Both the position numbers and the translations under genes were made by a program. Below the pieces are notes generated by a model. It was not told the DNA's origin and did not search any database. It saw only the letters and a program-made list of their open reading frames with translations. A DNA stretch of 62,648 nucleotides from Bacillota bacterium (GTDB lineage: Bacteria; Bacillota; Clostridia; Tissierellales; Dethiosulfatibacteraceae), in contig JAWSUU010000001.1 of assembly GCA_033549325.1 (NCBI GenBank), forward strand, positions 1-62,648, in the 5' to 3' direction. Positions 45,205-53,327 of the stretch are shown here, one piece after another. The stretch's first letter is position 1. Every line of letters starts with the position of its first letter.

Positions 45205-46971
45205 ATGAAGACTTTAATGACCGGTAACGAAGCCATTGCCAGAGGAGCTTATGAAGCAGGAGTTCTTGTAGCATCTTCTTATCCCGGTACTCCAAGTACG
45301 GAGATAATGGAAAATTTTTCTCAATATAAAGATGTTTATGCAGAATGGGCTCCCAACGAAAAAGTAGCAGCTGAAGTAGCTATAGGTGCTGCAGTTAGGG
45401 GTGTTAGATCTTTTGCTTCCATGAAACATGTAGGGGTAAATGTAGCAGCAGATCCATTTATGTCTTATGCTTACCACGGTTCAAATGGTGGATTTGTATT
45501 AATTACCGCTGATGAACCTAATATGTTCTCTTCTCAAAACGAGCAGGATAATAGACTCTATGCTAAACATGCTAAGGTGGCTTTAATCGAGCCTTCAAAT
45601 TCCCAAGAGTGCATTGATTATATGAAATATGCATATGATATAAGCGAAAAATATGATACTACAGTACTTTTTAGAGTTACAACACGTATTTGTCATTCTA
45701 AAACTGTTGTAGAATTAGGAGATAGAGTAGTTCCCGAAGTAAAACAATTCGAAAAAAATCAAAAAAAATATATTATGGTTCCAGCTCATTCCAGGGAAAG
45801 ACACCCTCAAATAGAGAATAATTTAGAAGAACTAAGAAAATATTCCAACAACTGTCCTTTAAATAGAGTTGAAATGGGAGATACAAGTATAGGTATTATA
45901 TGTAACGGTATATCTTATGAATATGCTAAGGAAGTAATGGGAGATAAGGCATCATATTTAAAAATTGGATTTTCAAATCCTCTTCCCGATGAGATGATAA
46001 AAGACTTTGCAAAAAAAGTAGATAATTTATATGTGATTGAAGAAAATGAACCTTTTATGGAAACACAGATTAAATCATGGGGTATAGATTGTAAAGGTAA
46101 AGAGATTTTCCCTATATGTGGAGAATTCAGTCCTGAATTAATTAGAGAAAAACTTTTAGGTATTGAATCAAAGGTTTCGAAGACCACAGATTTACAGGCA
46201 CCATCAAGACCTCCGGTTTTATGTGCAGGTTGTCCACACAGAGGTTTATATCAAGAACTTAAAAAATACAAAAACAAAGCATTCTTCTCAGGTGACATTG
46301 GATGCTACACCTTGGGATATTTACCACCTCTTGAAGCTATGGATTTCTCAGTATGTATGGGAGGTTCAGTGACAGCAGCTCAAGGCTTCCAAAGAGGAAA
46401 TGAAATGGCTAAAGATACCAAATATAAAGCTTTTGCTTTAATTGGTGACTCAACCTTTTTTCACTCAGGTATCACAGGATTAGTTAACATGACTTACAAC
46501 AATACACCGGTTACAACTATAATTTTAGATAACAGTATTACTGCTATGACCGGTCATCAGGAAAATCCTAATACAGGAGTAACAGCAAGTGGAGAAATTA
46601 CAAATAAAATTGACATAGAAAAATTATGTGTTGCTTGCGGTATTAGTGAAGAAAATATAGTAACTATTGACCCTTACGATTTGATGGCAACTAAAAACGC
46701 TATTAAAATGGGTTACGACAGTGAAGAACCTTTTGTAATTATAGCTAAGAGAGAATGTGCTCTACTAAAGCCAATAATTAAAAAAAGAGAAAATATGAAA
46801 TGTAAAGTAGATCCGGAAAAATGTACTTTTTGCAAGTCATGCTTAAGGACAGGTTGTCCTGCATTACAAATCAAGAATGACAAAGTATTTATAGATGAAA
46901 GTCAATGCAACGGCTGTACAGTGTGTCTTCAAGTTTGTCCATTTGATGCAATCGAAAAGGTAGGTGAATAA
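45205..46971 (+). CDS. iorA: indolepyruvate:ferredoxin oxidoreductase, alpha subunit
   Basis: Start at ATG 45205, behind AGGAGG. TPP-binding GDIGCYTLG...GDSTFFHSG. C-terminal 2x[4Fe-4S] ferredoxin motifs (CxxCxxCxxxCP twice). Confidence 0.88.
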   Translation: MKTLMTGNEAIARGAYEAGVLVASSYPGTPSTEIMENFSQYKDVYAEWAPNEKVAAEVAIGAAVRGVRSFASMKHVGVNVAADPFMSYAYHGSNGGFVLITADEPNMFSSQNEQDNRLYAKHAKVALIEPSNSQECIDYMKYAYDISEKYDTTVLFRVTTRICHSKTVVELGDRVVPEVKQFEKNQKKYIMVPAHSRERHPQIENNLEELRKYSNNCPLNRVEMGDTSIGIICNGISYEYAKEVMGDKASYLKIGFSNPLPDEMIKDFAKKVDNLYVIEENEPFMETQIKSWGIDCKGKEIFPICGEFSPELIREKLLGIESKVSKTTDLQAPSRPPVLCAGCPHRGLYQELKKYKNKAFFSGDIGCYTLGYLPPLEAMDFSVCMGGSVTAAQGFQRGNEMAKDTKYKAFALIGDSTFFHSGITGLVNMTYNNTPVTTIILDNSITAMTGHQENPNTGVTASGEITNKIDIEKLCVACGISEENIVTIDPYDLMATKNAIKMGYDSEEPFVIIAKRECALLKPIIKKRENMKCKVDPEKCTFCKSCLRTGCPALQIKNDKVFIDESQCNGCTVCLQVCPFDAIEKVGE

Positions 46972-46972
46972 A

Positions 46973-47542
46973 ATGATTAAAAACATTTTATTAGTAGGTG
47001 TTGGAGGACAGGGTACAATCCTTACTTCAAAAATCCTGTCTCAAGGATTATTGGAAGCCGGTCATGATGTTAAAATGGCTGAGATTCATGGAATGTCTCA
47101 AAGAGGTGGAAGTGTAACTACTCAGATAAGATATGGCGACGCAGTTTATTCTCCTGTAATAGAAAAAGGCACTGCTGATATTATCGTATCTTTTGAAAGG
47201 TCTGAGGCTTTAAGATGGATTGAGTATCTTAAAGAAGACGGTATTTTAATATTAAACGAGCATCAGATACAACCTTTTACAGTTACACTTGATTTATCAA
47301 AATATCCGGAAAATCTCGTAGAAGAATATACGGCTAAAGTAAAAAATTTCATATCCTACAATGCTTTCGAAATGGCAAAAGACCTGGGAAATTCAAGAGT
47401 TATGAATATTATACTTTTAGGCTCTCTAGTTAAATATGTAGGTCTTGAAGATATTGATTGGAAAAATGTTATCAAAGAAACAGTCCCTGAAAAATTTGTC
47501 GAATTAAATATTAAAGCTTACGAAAAAGGATACAATATATAA
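46973..47542 (+). CDS. iorB: indolepyruvate:ferredoxin oxidoreductase, beta subunit
   Basis: About 189 aa. LLVGVGGQGT motif of the pyruvate/ketoisovalerate oxidoreductase gamma-like fold. ATG 46973 follows AGGTGA, 2 nt after the iorA stop. Confidence 0.85.
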   Translation: MIKNILLVGVGGQGTILTSKILSQGLLEAGHDVKMAEIHGMSQRGGSVTTQIRYGDAVYSPVIEKGTADIIVSFERSEALRWIEYLKEDGILILNEHQIQPFTVTLDLSKYPENLVEEYTAKVKNFISYNAFEMAKDLGNSRVMNIILLGSLVKYVGLEDIDWKNVIKETVPEKFVELNIKAYEKGYNI

Positions 47543-47545
47543 AAC

Positions 47546-47576
47546 AAAAGGTCTATCACTAAGATAGGCCTTTTTA
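47546..47576. terminator. bidirectional terminator between iorB and the GntR gene
   Basis: AAAGGTCTATC-ACTAA-GATAGGCCTTT with flanking A and T runs. The 3' arm overlaps the GntR stop codon. Confidence 0.8.
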
Positions 47577-48287
47577 ATTTAGATCTAGATCCATATAAAA
47601 TTTATATAATTCACTATTTATTATATTTTTTGAATATTCAACTATCTTGTCTTCTTCTGAATAAGTAATCTTTTCCCATAGTAGAATCGGGCTGTTTTTT
47701 TCGATTTTCATTAGTTCTTCTTCATTTTTACCGGAAATCATTGGTTCTATATATATCTTTGCTCTTTTTTGTTTTAAAAAACAGTATTCTTCAACCATAT
47801 CGTGAATAAGATTAATTTCGCTTTTTTCGATATCTAGGGATAAATAGTATTTCACCGGCAGATATACATACTCAAGGGCATTTACTTTATTGTTAATAAC
47901 CTTTGTTCTAATTATTTCATATAATTCTTCACCATTTGATATATCTAATTTTTCTGAAAGTTCTTCGTCAGCTTTTATCTTCCCTTTACTTAAAGTTTTA
48001 TGTTCGCCTTTTGTGAGAGAACTATCGTTTTCAAAACCATAAAATCTATGTTTTCTTATATCTTCTAAATTTTTTTCTGTTACAAAGGTCCCTTTACCTT
48101 GAATTCTATATACAAGTCCTTCATTTACTAAATCTCTCACTGCTGTAGTAGCAGTTATCCTACTCACATTAAAGATATCTCCCAATTCTTTTTCAGATGG
48201 AATTTTCTCTCCAGGATTGATTTTCCCTTGTTTTATATTTTCTTTAATATAATTTTTTATTTTGACGTATTGAGGTATGTTATCCAT
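47574..48287 (-). CDS. GntR family transcriptional regulator, HutC subfamily (UTRA effector domain)
   Basis: Start moved to ATG 48287 (MDNIPQYVKIKNYIKENI...) behind AAGGAGGA. HTH is PSEKELGDIFNVSRITATTAVRDLVNEGLVYRIQGKGTFV. The C-terminal 150 aa are of UTRA size. Confidence 0.8.
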   Translation of the reverse strand: MDNIPQYVKIKNYIKENIKQGKINPGEKIPSEKELGDIFNVSRITATTAVRDLVNEGLVYRIQGKGTFVTEKNLEDIRKHRFYGFENDSSLTKGEHKTLSKGKIKADEELSEKLDISNGEELYEIIRTKVINNKVNALEYVYLPVKYYLSLDIEKSEINLIHDMVEEYCFLKQKRAKIYIEPMISGKNEEELMKIEKNSPILLWEKITYSEEDKIVEYSKNIINSELYKFYMDLDLN

Positions 48288-48312
48288 AATTTCCTCCTTA
48301 TATAATGTTAAT

Positions 48313-48341
48313 ATTATAAACGACTTTTTGATATAAGTCAA
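48313..48341 (-). promoter_or_regulatory. sigma-A-type promoter of the GntR regulator
   Basis: Reverse strand: TTGACT (48341..48336), 17 nt spacer, TATAAT (48318..48313). Confidence 0.65.
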
Positions 48342-48350
48342 AATATGATA

Positions 48351-48370
48351 TATCATTTTATAAAATGATA
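48351..48370. promoter_or_regulatory. perfect 20-bp palindrome between the divergent -35 boxes (candidate GntR operator)
   Basis: TATCATTTTA|TAAAATGATA. It overlaps a second perfect 10-bp palindrome, TGATATATCA (48346..48355). A further TGATATA lies at 48329..48335. Confidence 0.6.
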
Positions 48371-48381
48371 ATATTTGCTGC

Positions 48382-48410
48382 TTTACTGAACAATTTTTAA
48401 ATGTTAAAAT
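48382..48410 (+). promoter_or_regulatory. sigma-A-type (extended -10) promoter of the giant-protein operon
   Basis: TTTACT (48382..48387), 17 nt spacer, TG-T-TAAAAT (-10 at 48405..48410). Confidence 0.55.
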
Positions 48411-48439
48411 ATTGTATATATTGCTTAGGGGAGGAAATT

Positions 48440-51400
48440 ATGAGTAGAATAACACTAAATGAACTGCACAAAGAAATACTAAACGGATTAACAGAAGAAA
48501 AGTTTTTAAAAAAACTAGATTTAACAGAAGAAAAAATTCATTCTTTAGTTTTAAACAAACACTTTGTCACCAAGCTTTCTACTTTGGTGAGCAGAGATAA
48601 AATTACCTGTCAAAATATACTTAACCTTTGTATTGATATTATGAATAACGTTTCCCAAGAAAAACATGATGACTGGCTTAATTATGCCTATAATTATATT
48701 CTCAATTTCTCTTTCCCAAATGCTGTTACTTTAGATTTAGATCCAAAATATGAAAAAGGCACACTACTATATCTTAAAATATTGAGAGTAGTATTTACTA
48801 GTGTAAAAGCAAATAGAAATTTTAATAAATTTTTAGATTTTGAATTTTTAACAGATGAAGAAATATTAAATCTTAAAAACCCGAGTGAATATACTAGGTT
48901 CTTAGAATTGTACGATAAACTCTATATCTATGAATTAATGAGATTAAATAAAGAAATTACAGGCTACAATTCACTAGACCATATAGCTGGAGTTCACCAC
49001 GTAGCTATGCATGTAGGTAAGCAGCTTGACAAAGCAGGGATCCCTATATACTTAGGTAGAGTATCCGGAGCCGCAGCTGGACATGATATAGGTAAATACG
49101 GATGCAAAGGGGAAGAACTTACTAGAGTACCCTATTTGCATTACTATTACACAGAACAGTGGTTTAGAAGATTTAATATCCCTCAAATAGGTCATATAGC
49201 TGTCAATCACTCAACCTGGGATTTAGAACTTGAAAATCTTCCTCTGGAATCTTTAGTGCTTATATATGCTGATTTTAGAGTTAAAAGCGACCCTCGAAAG
49301 AAACAGAAAAAAATGGAAATATTTGGACTTGACGAATCTTTTCAAGTTATTTTGGATAAATTAGATAATGTTGATGAAGCAAAAGAAAGAAGATACAAAA
49401 GAGTTTATGCAAAATTAAAAGACTTTGAAAATTTTATGATCAGTAAAGGTATCGATGTTTCTTTAGAAGGAGAATATAAGGAAATAGAAGAAAAAGACTC
49501 CTCTCTTATGTCTGACTATGAAGTAGTAAATAATTTCATAAATATGGCTATAAGTCATAATATAGATTTGATGTATAAATTAAGCAGCGACGAATCCTTA
49601 AGTTTAATTTTAGAAGCTGCAAGAACTGAAAAAGACTGGAAAAACATAAGAGCTTATTTGAATATATTTACAGAATACAATACTTACTTAATTCCTAAAC
49701 AAAAAATGCTTACTCTTAACTTTATGTATGAACTTTTAGTGCATAAGGAAGGTGATATAAGAAAACATGCGGCTGAGCTAATTGGTTCTATAATAGCAGG
49801 TTTTGATGATGAATACAGAAAAGAAGTCCCTAAAGACCAGGAATTAGAAAAACCTGAAACAGATAGTTTTGAACTTTGGAGTAGATATCTAGATTTGATA
49901 ATCAACCCGGATCACAAGATTATTGAAAAACATAGAGAGTGGATAGGATACTGTCTAAAAAATATGGTGGGAGAATTTTTCAAAAACTGCGATAAAGATA
50001 ATATAGACAGATACTTAGAAATTTATATAAAAACAATCAAATCTAACTTTAAAGTAGAAGAAAATATATTTTTTCTACTGGATTCACTATGGCGACTCCC
50101 TTATAGCTATGTCACCGATGAGCAGCTTAAAATAATCATCAATTTTATTGTAAATATAATGAGAGAAAATAGCAACGGTATAAATGATGACTACAACAAT
50201 CTTGTGGTGGGATTGGATACTGCTTTGCGTATTGCAGACCTGGTTGATTACAGAAATAATTCTTTAGAACCTTTAAAAGATTTTATTAGAGAGTTAAATC
50301 ATCATAACAATGTAGCTGTTTGCTTTTTAAAATATAAAATAGGATGCCATCTTCATCTTAAAGATGATGTTAAAAATTATTATAAATCAATGCTTGTTAA
50401 AACTTCTGAAAATTTATCTGAAATATTTTTGATGAACTTAAAGGCGGCTGTTCACTGGATTATGAAAGCTACCAACATCGAGTTTATAAAAGAATTCATG
50501 GAAAATATTTCACCAATGTCGAGATTACATACAGCTACTCACTTATGTAATTTAGTAAAAGTTAGTGCTGTAGAGTTTGTTAGAAACAGTGCCGGTTCAG
50601 CTTTACTTCAATTAGCTCCAATGCTGTCTTACGACCAAAGAAATGATGTATCTGTAGAGCTTTTAAGAGGTTTGGAAATTGAGGGCTATGAATTTTCCAA
50701 ATATATACCTCAGTATTTAGGAGAGTTTATGCTATATCTACCTCCTAAAGAGCTGGATGAATTTTTAGATGACTTTACCGACTATGTGAAAACTAAAAGT
50801 GGAAGAACAATACCACTAATTTTAAATACCATCAGCGTTATAGTGGAAAACTATGCAGACTATAGAGAAAGATTTGAAGAAGACGATGCTACTTTTAACG
50901 ATAGATTAAATAAAATGCTTGGAATTTTAATGTGTGGATTATCAAATTATAATTCATCAGTAAAACAAGAAGCCTTTCTATATATTGGAAAAAATATTTT
51001 TGCATCTGCTGTATTGTCTTTAGATGAAAAGAAGAAAATTTTCCAGCTAATAGGCAAAAAATTACTCACTCTACTGGCTGAAAAGGTTTCAGATGATTTG
51101 TTCTTTTTTAATAACTCTGCTTCTTTAAATCATATCTACAGATTTATTAGTGACTATAATTTCTTTGTAAGTAAACTTAATTACAAAGAAGCTAAAAAAG
51201 TAGCTTTTTTCCCGGGTACTTTTGATCCATTTTCTTTAAGTCACAAACAAATCGTAAAAGAAATCACTAAATTAGGATTTGATGTTTATCTTACTATTGA
51301 TGCCTTTTCCTGGTCTAAATTGACACAACCTAGAATGTTTAGGCGAAATATAGTTAATCTTTCTATAGCTGATGAATTAAATGTATATTTATTTCCCGAC

Positions 51401-53326
51401 AACATACCAGTAAATATAGCTAATAACAGGGATTTAGATTATTTAAAGGATTTGTTTAAAAACAAGGATTTATATCTAGTTGTAGGAAGTGATGTACTGG
51501 TCAATGCCAGTGCTTATAAAAGCAGAGCTACTAAATCTTCTATTCACTCTTTAAATCATATTATATTCAAAAGAGCTCATTCAGAAACAGAAAAAGAAGA
51601 TATTTCAAAAGCAAAAGAGGCTCAAAATAGAATAAAAGCTAAAATTATTAACTTAAAGCTACCTCTTCAATTGGAAGATATAAGCTCTTCTCAAATAAGA
51701 GAACATATTGATGAGAATAGAGACATATCAAACTTGATAGATCCACTTGCTCAACAGTATATTTACGATTACGGTTTATATTTAAGAGAACCTCAGTATA
51801 AATCTCTAATAGAGGCAAAAAGTTTAAAAATAGAGGTTATAGATAATTTAAATGAGAATATAATTAAAGAAATTGGACATCATATTTTTATACATACGGA
51901 TTTATATAAAAATACCGGTGAAAAATTTAACAGTAGAAAAATGAAACTTTTGATAATCAGAGATCATGCAAACAAGGATCAAATAGTTGCATTTTCAGCT
52001 TTTCACTATATAGAGCTGACCCAGTTGTATTCTGAATTTGAAAACACAAAGGTTACAAGCTATTTAAGAGAAAATGCAGCTGGCAAAATCATGGTAATCG
52101 ATGGATTTTACTTTAATAAAAAGGTTTCTTATTCAAATTTGGAACAGATAATAATTACTGAAACACTGTCTCACGGTTTATCAGAAAATCTAACTTTTGC
52201 AGTTTATCACAATATTTTAACTAATATAAAATCAGAAAAAATATTTGAACTTTTAAGTTTACATGGCTTTACTCAAGTTCCATCTGGAGATGATGATGTG
52301 AATGTGTATTCTGTAGATATGAGTAAAACTATATCATTAATGCTAAATATGGTGAGTTTTCTAAAAGAGCCTTTTAAAAATAACCCTATAGTAATAGACG
52401 AAATTAAAAAAGCAAGAAAAAGACTTCAAAAATCATTAGTAGAACTTTACCCGGGTTCTTTAGTTTTGTCCTTTGACAATGAAATGCTTCACCATAAGTT
52501 AATAGGAAAGATTTGTGACATAAATAACGTTCCTACAATACCTACGAAACCTAGATATTTAGGTGAGTATATGTGTGTACCTTTTGGTAATATTATGCAG
52601 GGCAAAGTTGCTCCAAATACCGTTACAAAATCTCTCCATACCGAAAAGATGTTTTATCCTGATTTAAGAGGATTTAAAGTTGGAGAATACCCTAACTACT
52701 CTACCCTGGAAAATCAAATCAAAACCATAAAATCTTTCGATAGAACGGTGATCCTAGTGGATGATCTACTCCATAAAGGATATAGAGTTAAAGCTATCGG
52801 CCCTTTATTTAAAAAAGAAGATATTCCTGTTAAAAAAATAGTAGTAGGATTATTATCAGGAAGAGGCAAAGAGCTTATGGAAATTCAAAATAATGAAGTT
52901 GACTCTGCCTATTTTATACCAAACTTAAGAAACTGGTTTAATGAAAATCTCATGTACCCGTTTTTAGGTGGGGATCATATTATGAGAAGTGATGGAAATA
53001 ACTTGAATCTAATACGTTCAATTAATCTTATTCTTCCTTATGTTGCACCTCACTTTATAAAAGATACAAATAGAGAAAAAATATTTAATTTATCAATGGT
53101 ATGTCTTGAAAACACAAAAAGTATTCTAGAAACTTTAGAAAAAGAATATCAGGAACTTTACGAAAGAAATCTTACTCTCAGCAGATTGGGTGAGGTAATA
53201 ATATCTCCAAGATATCCTGATAAAGGAAGACAAATAGATTACAAATTCAATCTTAAACCTTCTACCTTTATTATAAACGACATAGAACATCTATTAAGAT
53301 TAGAAAGAATAATCAAGGAGGAGTAG
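48440..53326 (+). CDS. giant multidomain protein: HD phosphohydrolase + HEAT-like repeats + NMNAT/cytidylyltransferase-like domain + PurF-type PRTase-like domain; function unknown
   Basis: 1,628 aa from ATG 48440, behind GGGGAGGA. The track start at 48401 lies inside the predicted -10 box. Motifs are listed in the domain features below. A single uninterrupted frame across 4.9 kb of AT-rich DNA. Confidence 0.85.
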   Translation: MSRITLNELHKEILNGLTEEKFLKKLDLTEEKIHSLVLNKHFVTKLSTLVSRDKITCQNILNLCIDIMNNVSQEKHDDWLNYAYNYILNFSFPNAVTLDLDPKYEKGTLLYLKILRVVFTSVKANRNFNKFLDFEFLTDEEILNLKNPSEYTRFLELYDKLYIYELMRLNKEITGYNSLDHIAGVHHVAMHVGKQLDKAGIPIYLGRVSGAAAGHDIGKYGCKGEELTRVPYLHYYYTEQWFRRFNIPQIGHIAVNHSTWDLELENLPLESLVLIYADFRVKSDPRKKQKKMEIFGLDESFQVILDKLDNVDEAKERRYKRVYAKLKDFENFMISKGIDVSLEGEYKEIEEKDSSLMSDYEVVNNFINMAISHNIDLMYKLSSDESLSLILEAARTEKDWKNIRAYLNIFTEYNTYLIPKQKMLTLNFMYELLVHKEGDIRKHAAELIGSIIAGFDDEYRKEVPKDQELEKPETDSFELWSRYLDLIINPDHKIIEKHREWIGYCLKNMVGEFFKNCDKDNIDRYLEIYIKTIKSNFKVEENIFFLLDSLWRLPYSYVTDEQLKIIINFIVNIMRENSNGINDDYNNLVVGLDTALRIADLVDYRNNSLEPLKDFIRELNHHNNVAVCFLKYKIGCHLHLKDDVKNYYKSMLVKTSENLSEIFLMNLKAAVHWIMKATNIEFIKEFMENISPMSRLHTATHLCNLVKVSAVEFVRNSAGSALLQLAPMLSYDQRNDVSVELLRGLEIEGYEFSKYIPQYLGEFMLYLPPKELDEFLDDFTDYVKTKSGRTIPLILNTISVIVENYADYRERFEEDDATFNDRLNKMLGILMCGLSNYNSSVKQEAFLYIGKNIFASAVLSLDEKKKIFQLIGKKLLTLLAEKVSDDLFFFNNSASLNHIYRFISDYNFFVSKLNYKEAKKVAFFPGTFDPFSLSHKQIVKEITKLGFDVYLTIDAFSWSKLTQPRMFRRNIVNLSIADELNVYLFPDNIPVNIANNRDLDYLKDLFKNKDLYLVVGSDVLVNASAYKSRATKSSIHSLNHIIFKRAHSETEKEDISKAKEAQNRIKAKIINLKLPLQLEDISSSQIREHIDENRDISNLIDPLAQQYIYDYGLYLREPQYKSLIEAKSLKIEVIDNLNENIIKEIGHHIFIHTDLYKNTGEKFNSRKMKLLIIRDHANKDQIVAFSAFHYIELTQLYSEFENTKVTSYLRENAAGKIMVIDGFYFNKKVSYSNLEQIIITETLSHGLSENLTFAVYHNILTNIKSEKIFELLSLHGFTQVPSGDDDVNVYSVDMSKTISLMLNMVSFLKEPFKNNPIVIDEIKKARKRLQKSLVELYPGSLVLSFDNEMLHHKLIGKICDINNVPTIPTKPRYLGEYMCVPFGNIMQGKVAPNTVTKSLHTEKMFYPDLRGFKVGEYPNYSTLENQIKTIKSFDRTVILVDDLLHKGYRVKAIGPLFKKEDIPVKKIVVGLLSGRGKELMEIQNNEVDSAYFIPNLRNWFNENLMYPFLGGDHIMRSDGNNLNLIRSINLILPYVAPHFIKDTNREKIFNLSMVCLENTKSILETLEKEYQELYERNLTLSRLGEVIISPRYPDKGRQIDYKFNLKPSTFIINDIEHLLRLERIIKEE
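48970..49290 (+). other. HD-domain (metal-dependent phosphohydrolase) module of the giant protein
   Basis: LDHIAGVHHVAMHVGK ... GAAAGHDIGKYG (His-Asp dyad at 49082..49087) ... LIYADFRV (Asp at 49271). This is the H...HD...D pattern of the HD superfamily. Confidence 0.7.
49700..51100 (+). other. alpha-helical HEAT/ARM-like repeat region of the giant protein (approximate limits)
   Basis: Recurrent HEAT-like units such as GDIRKHAAELIGSII, EFVRNSAGSALLQLAP and SSVKQEAFLYIGKNI. No catalytic motifs seen. Confidence 0.4.
51200..51790 (+). other. nucleotidyltransferase (NadD/NMNAT, cytidylyltransferase-like) module of the giant protein
   Basis: VAFFPGTFDPFSLSH (51200..51244) occupies the GxFxPxHxGH position. 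ISSSQIR (51680..51700) matches the ISSTxIR motif of the superfamily. Confidence 0.7.
52540..53000 (+). other. type I (PurF-like) phosphoribosyltransferase-like module of the giant protein
   Basis: DRTVILVDDLLHKGYRVKAI (VILVDDLLHKGYR = 52748..52786) aligns with the PRPP-binding loop hhhVDDxxxxGxT. It is followed by a beta-strand/loop pattern (KKIVVGLLSGRG) as in PurF. Confidence 0.6.
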
Positions 53327-53327
53327 A

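Noticed and set aside
48401-48439. The upstream ATG at 48401 used by the track as start of the giant ORF (MLKYCIYCLGEEI...).
   Set aside because: That ATG sits inside the predicted extended -10 box (48403..48410) and has no RBS. ATG 48440 is preceded by GGGGAGGA at ideal spacing.
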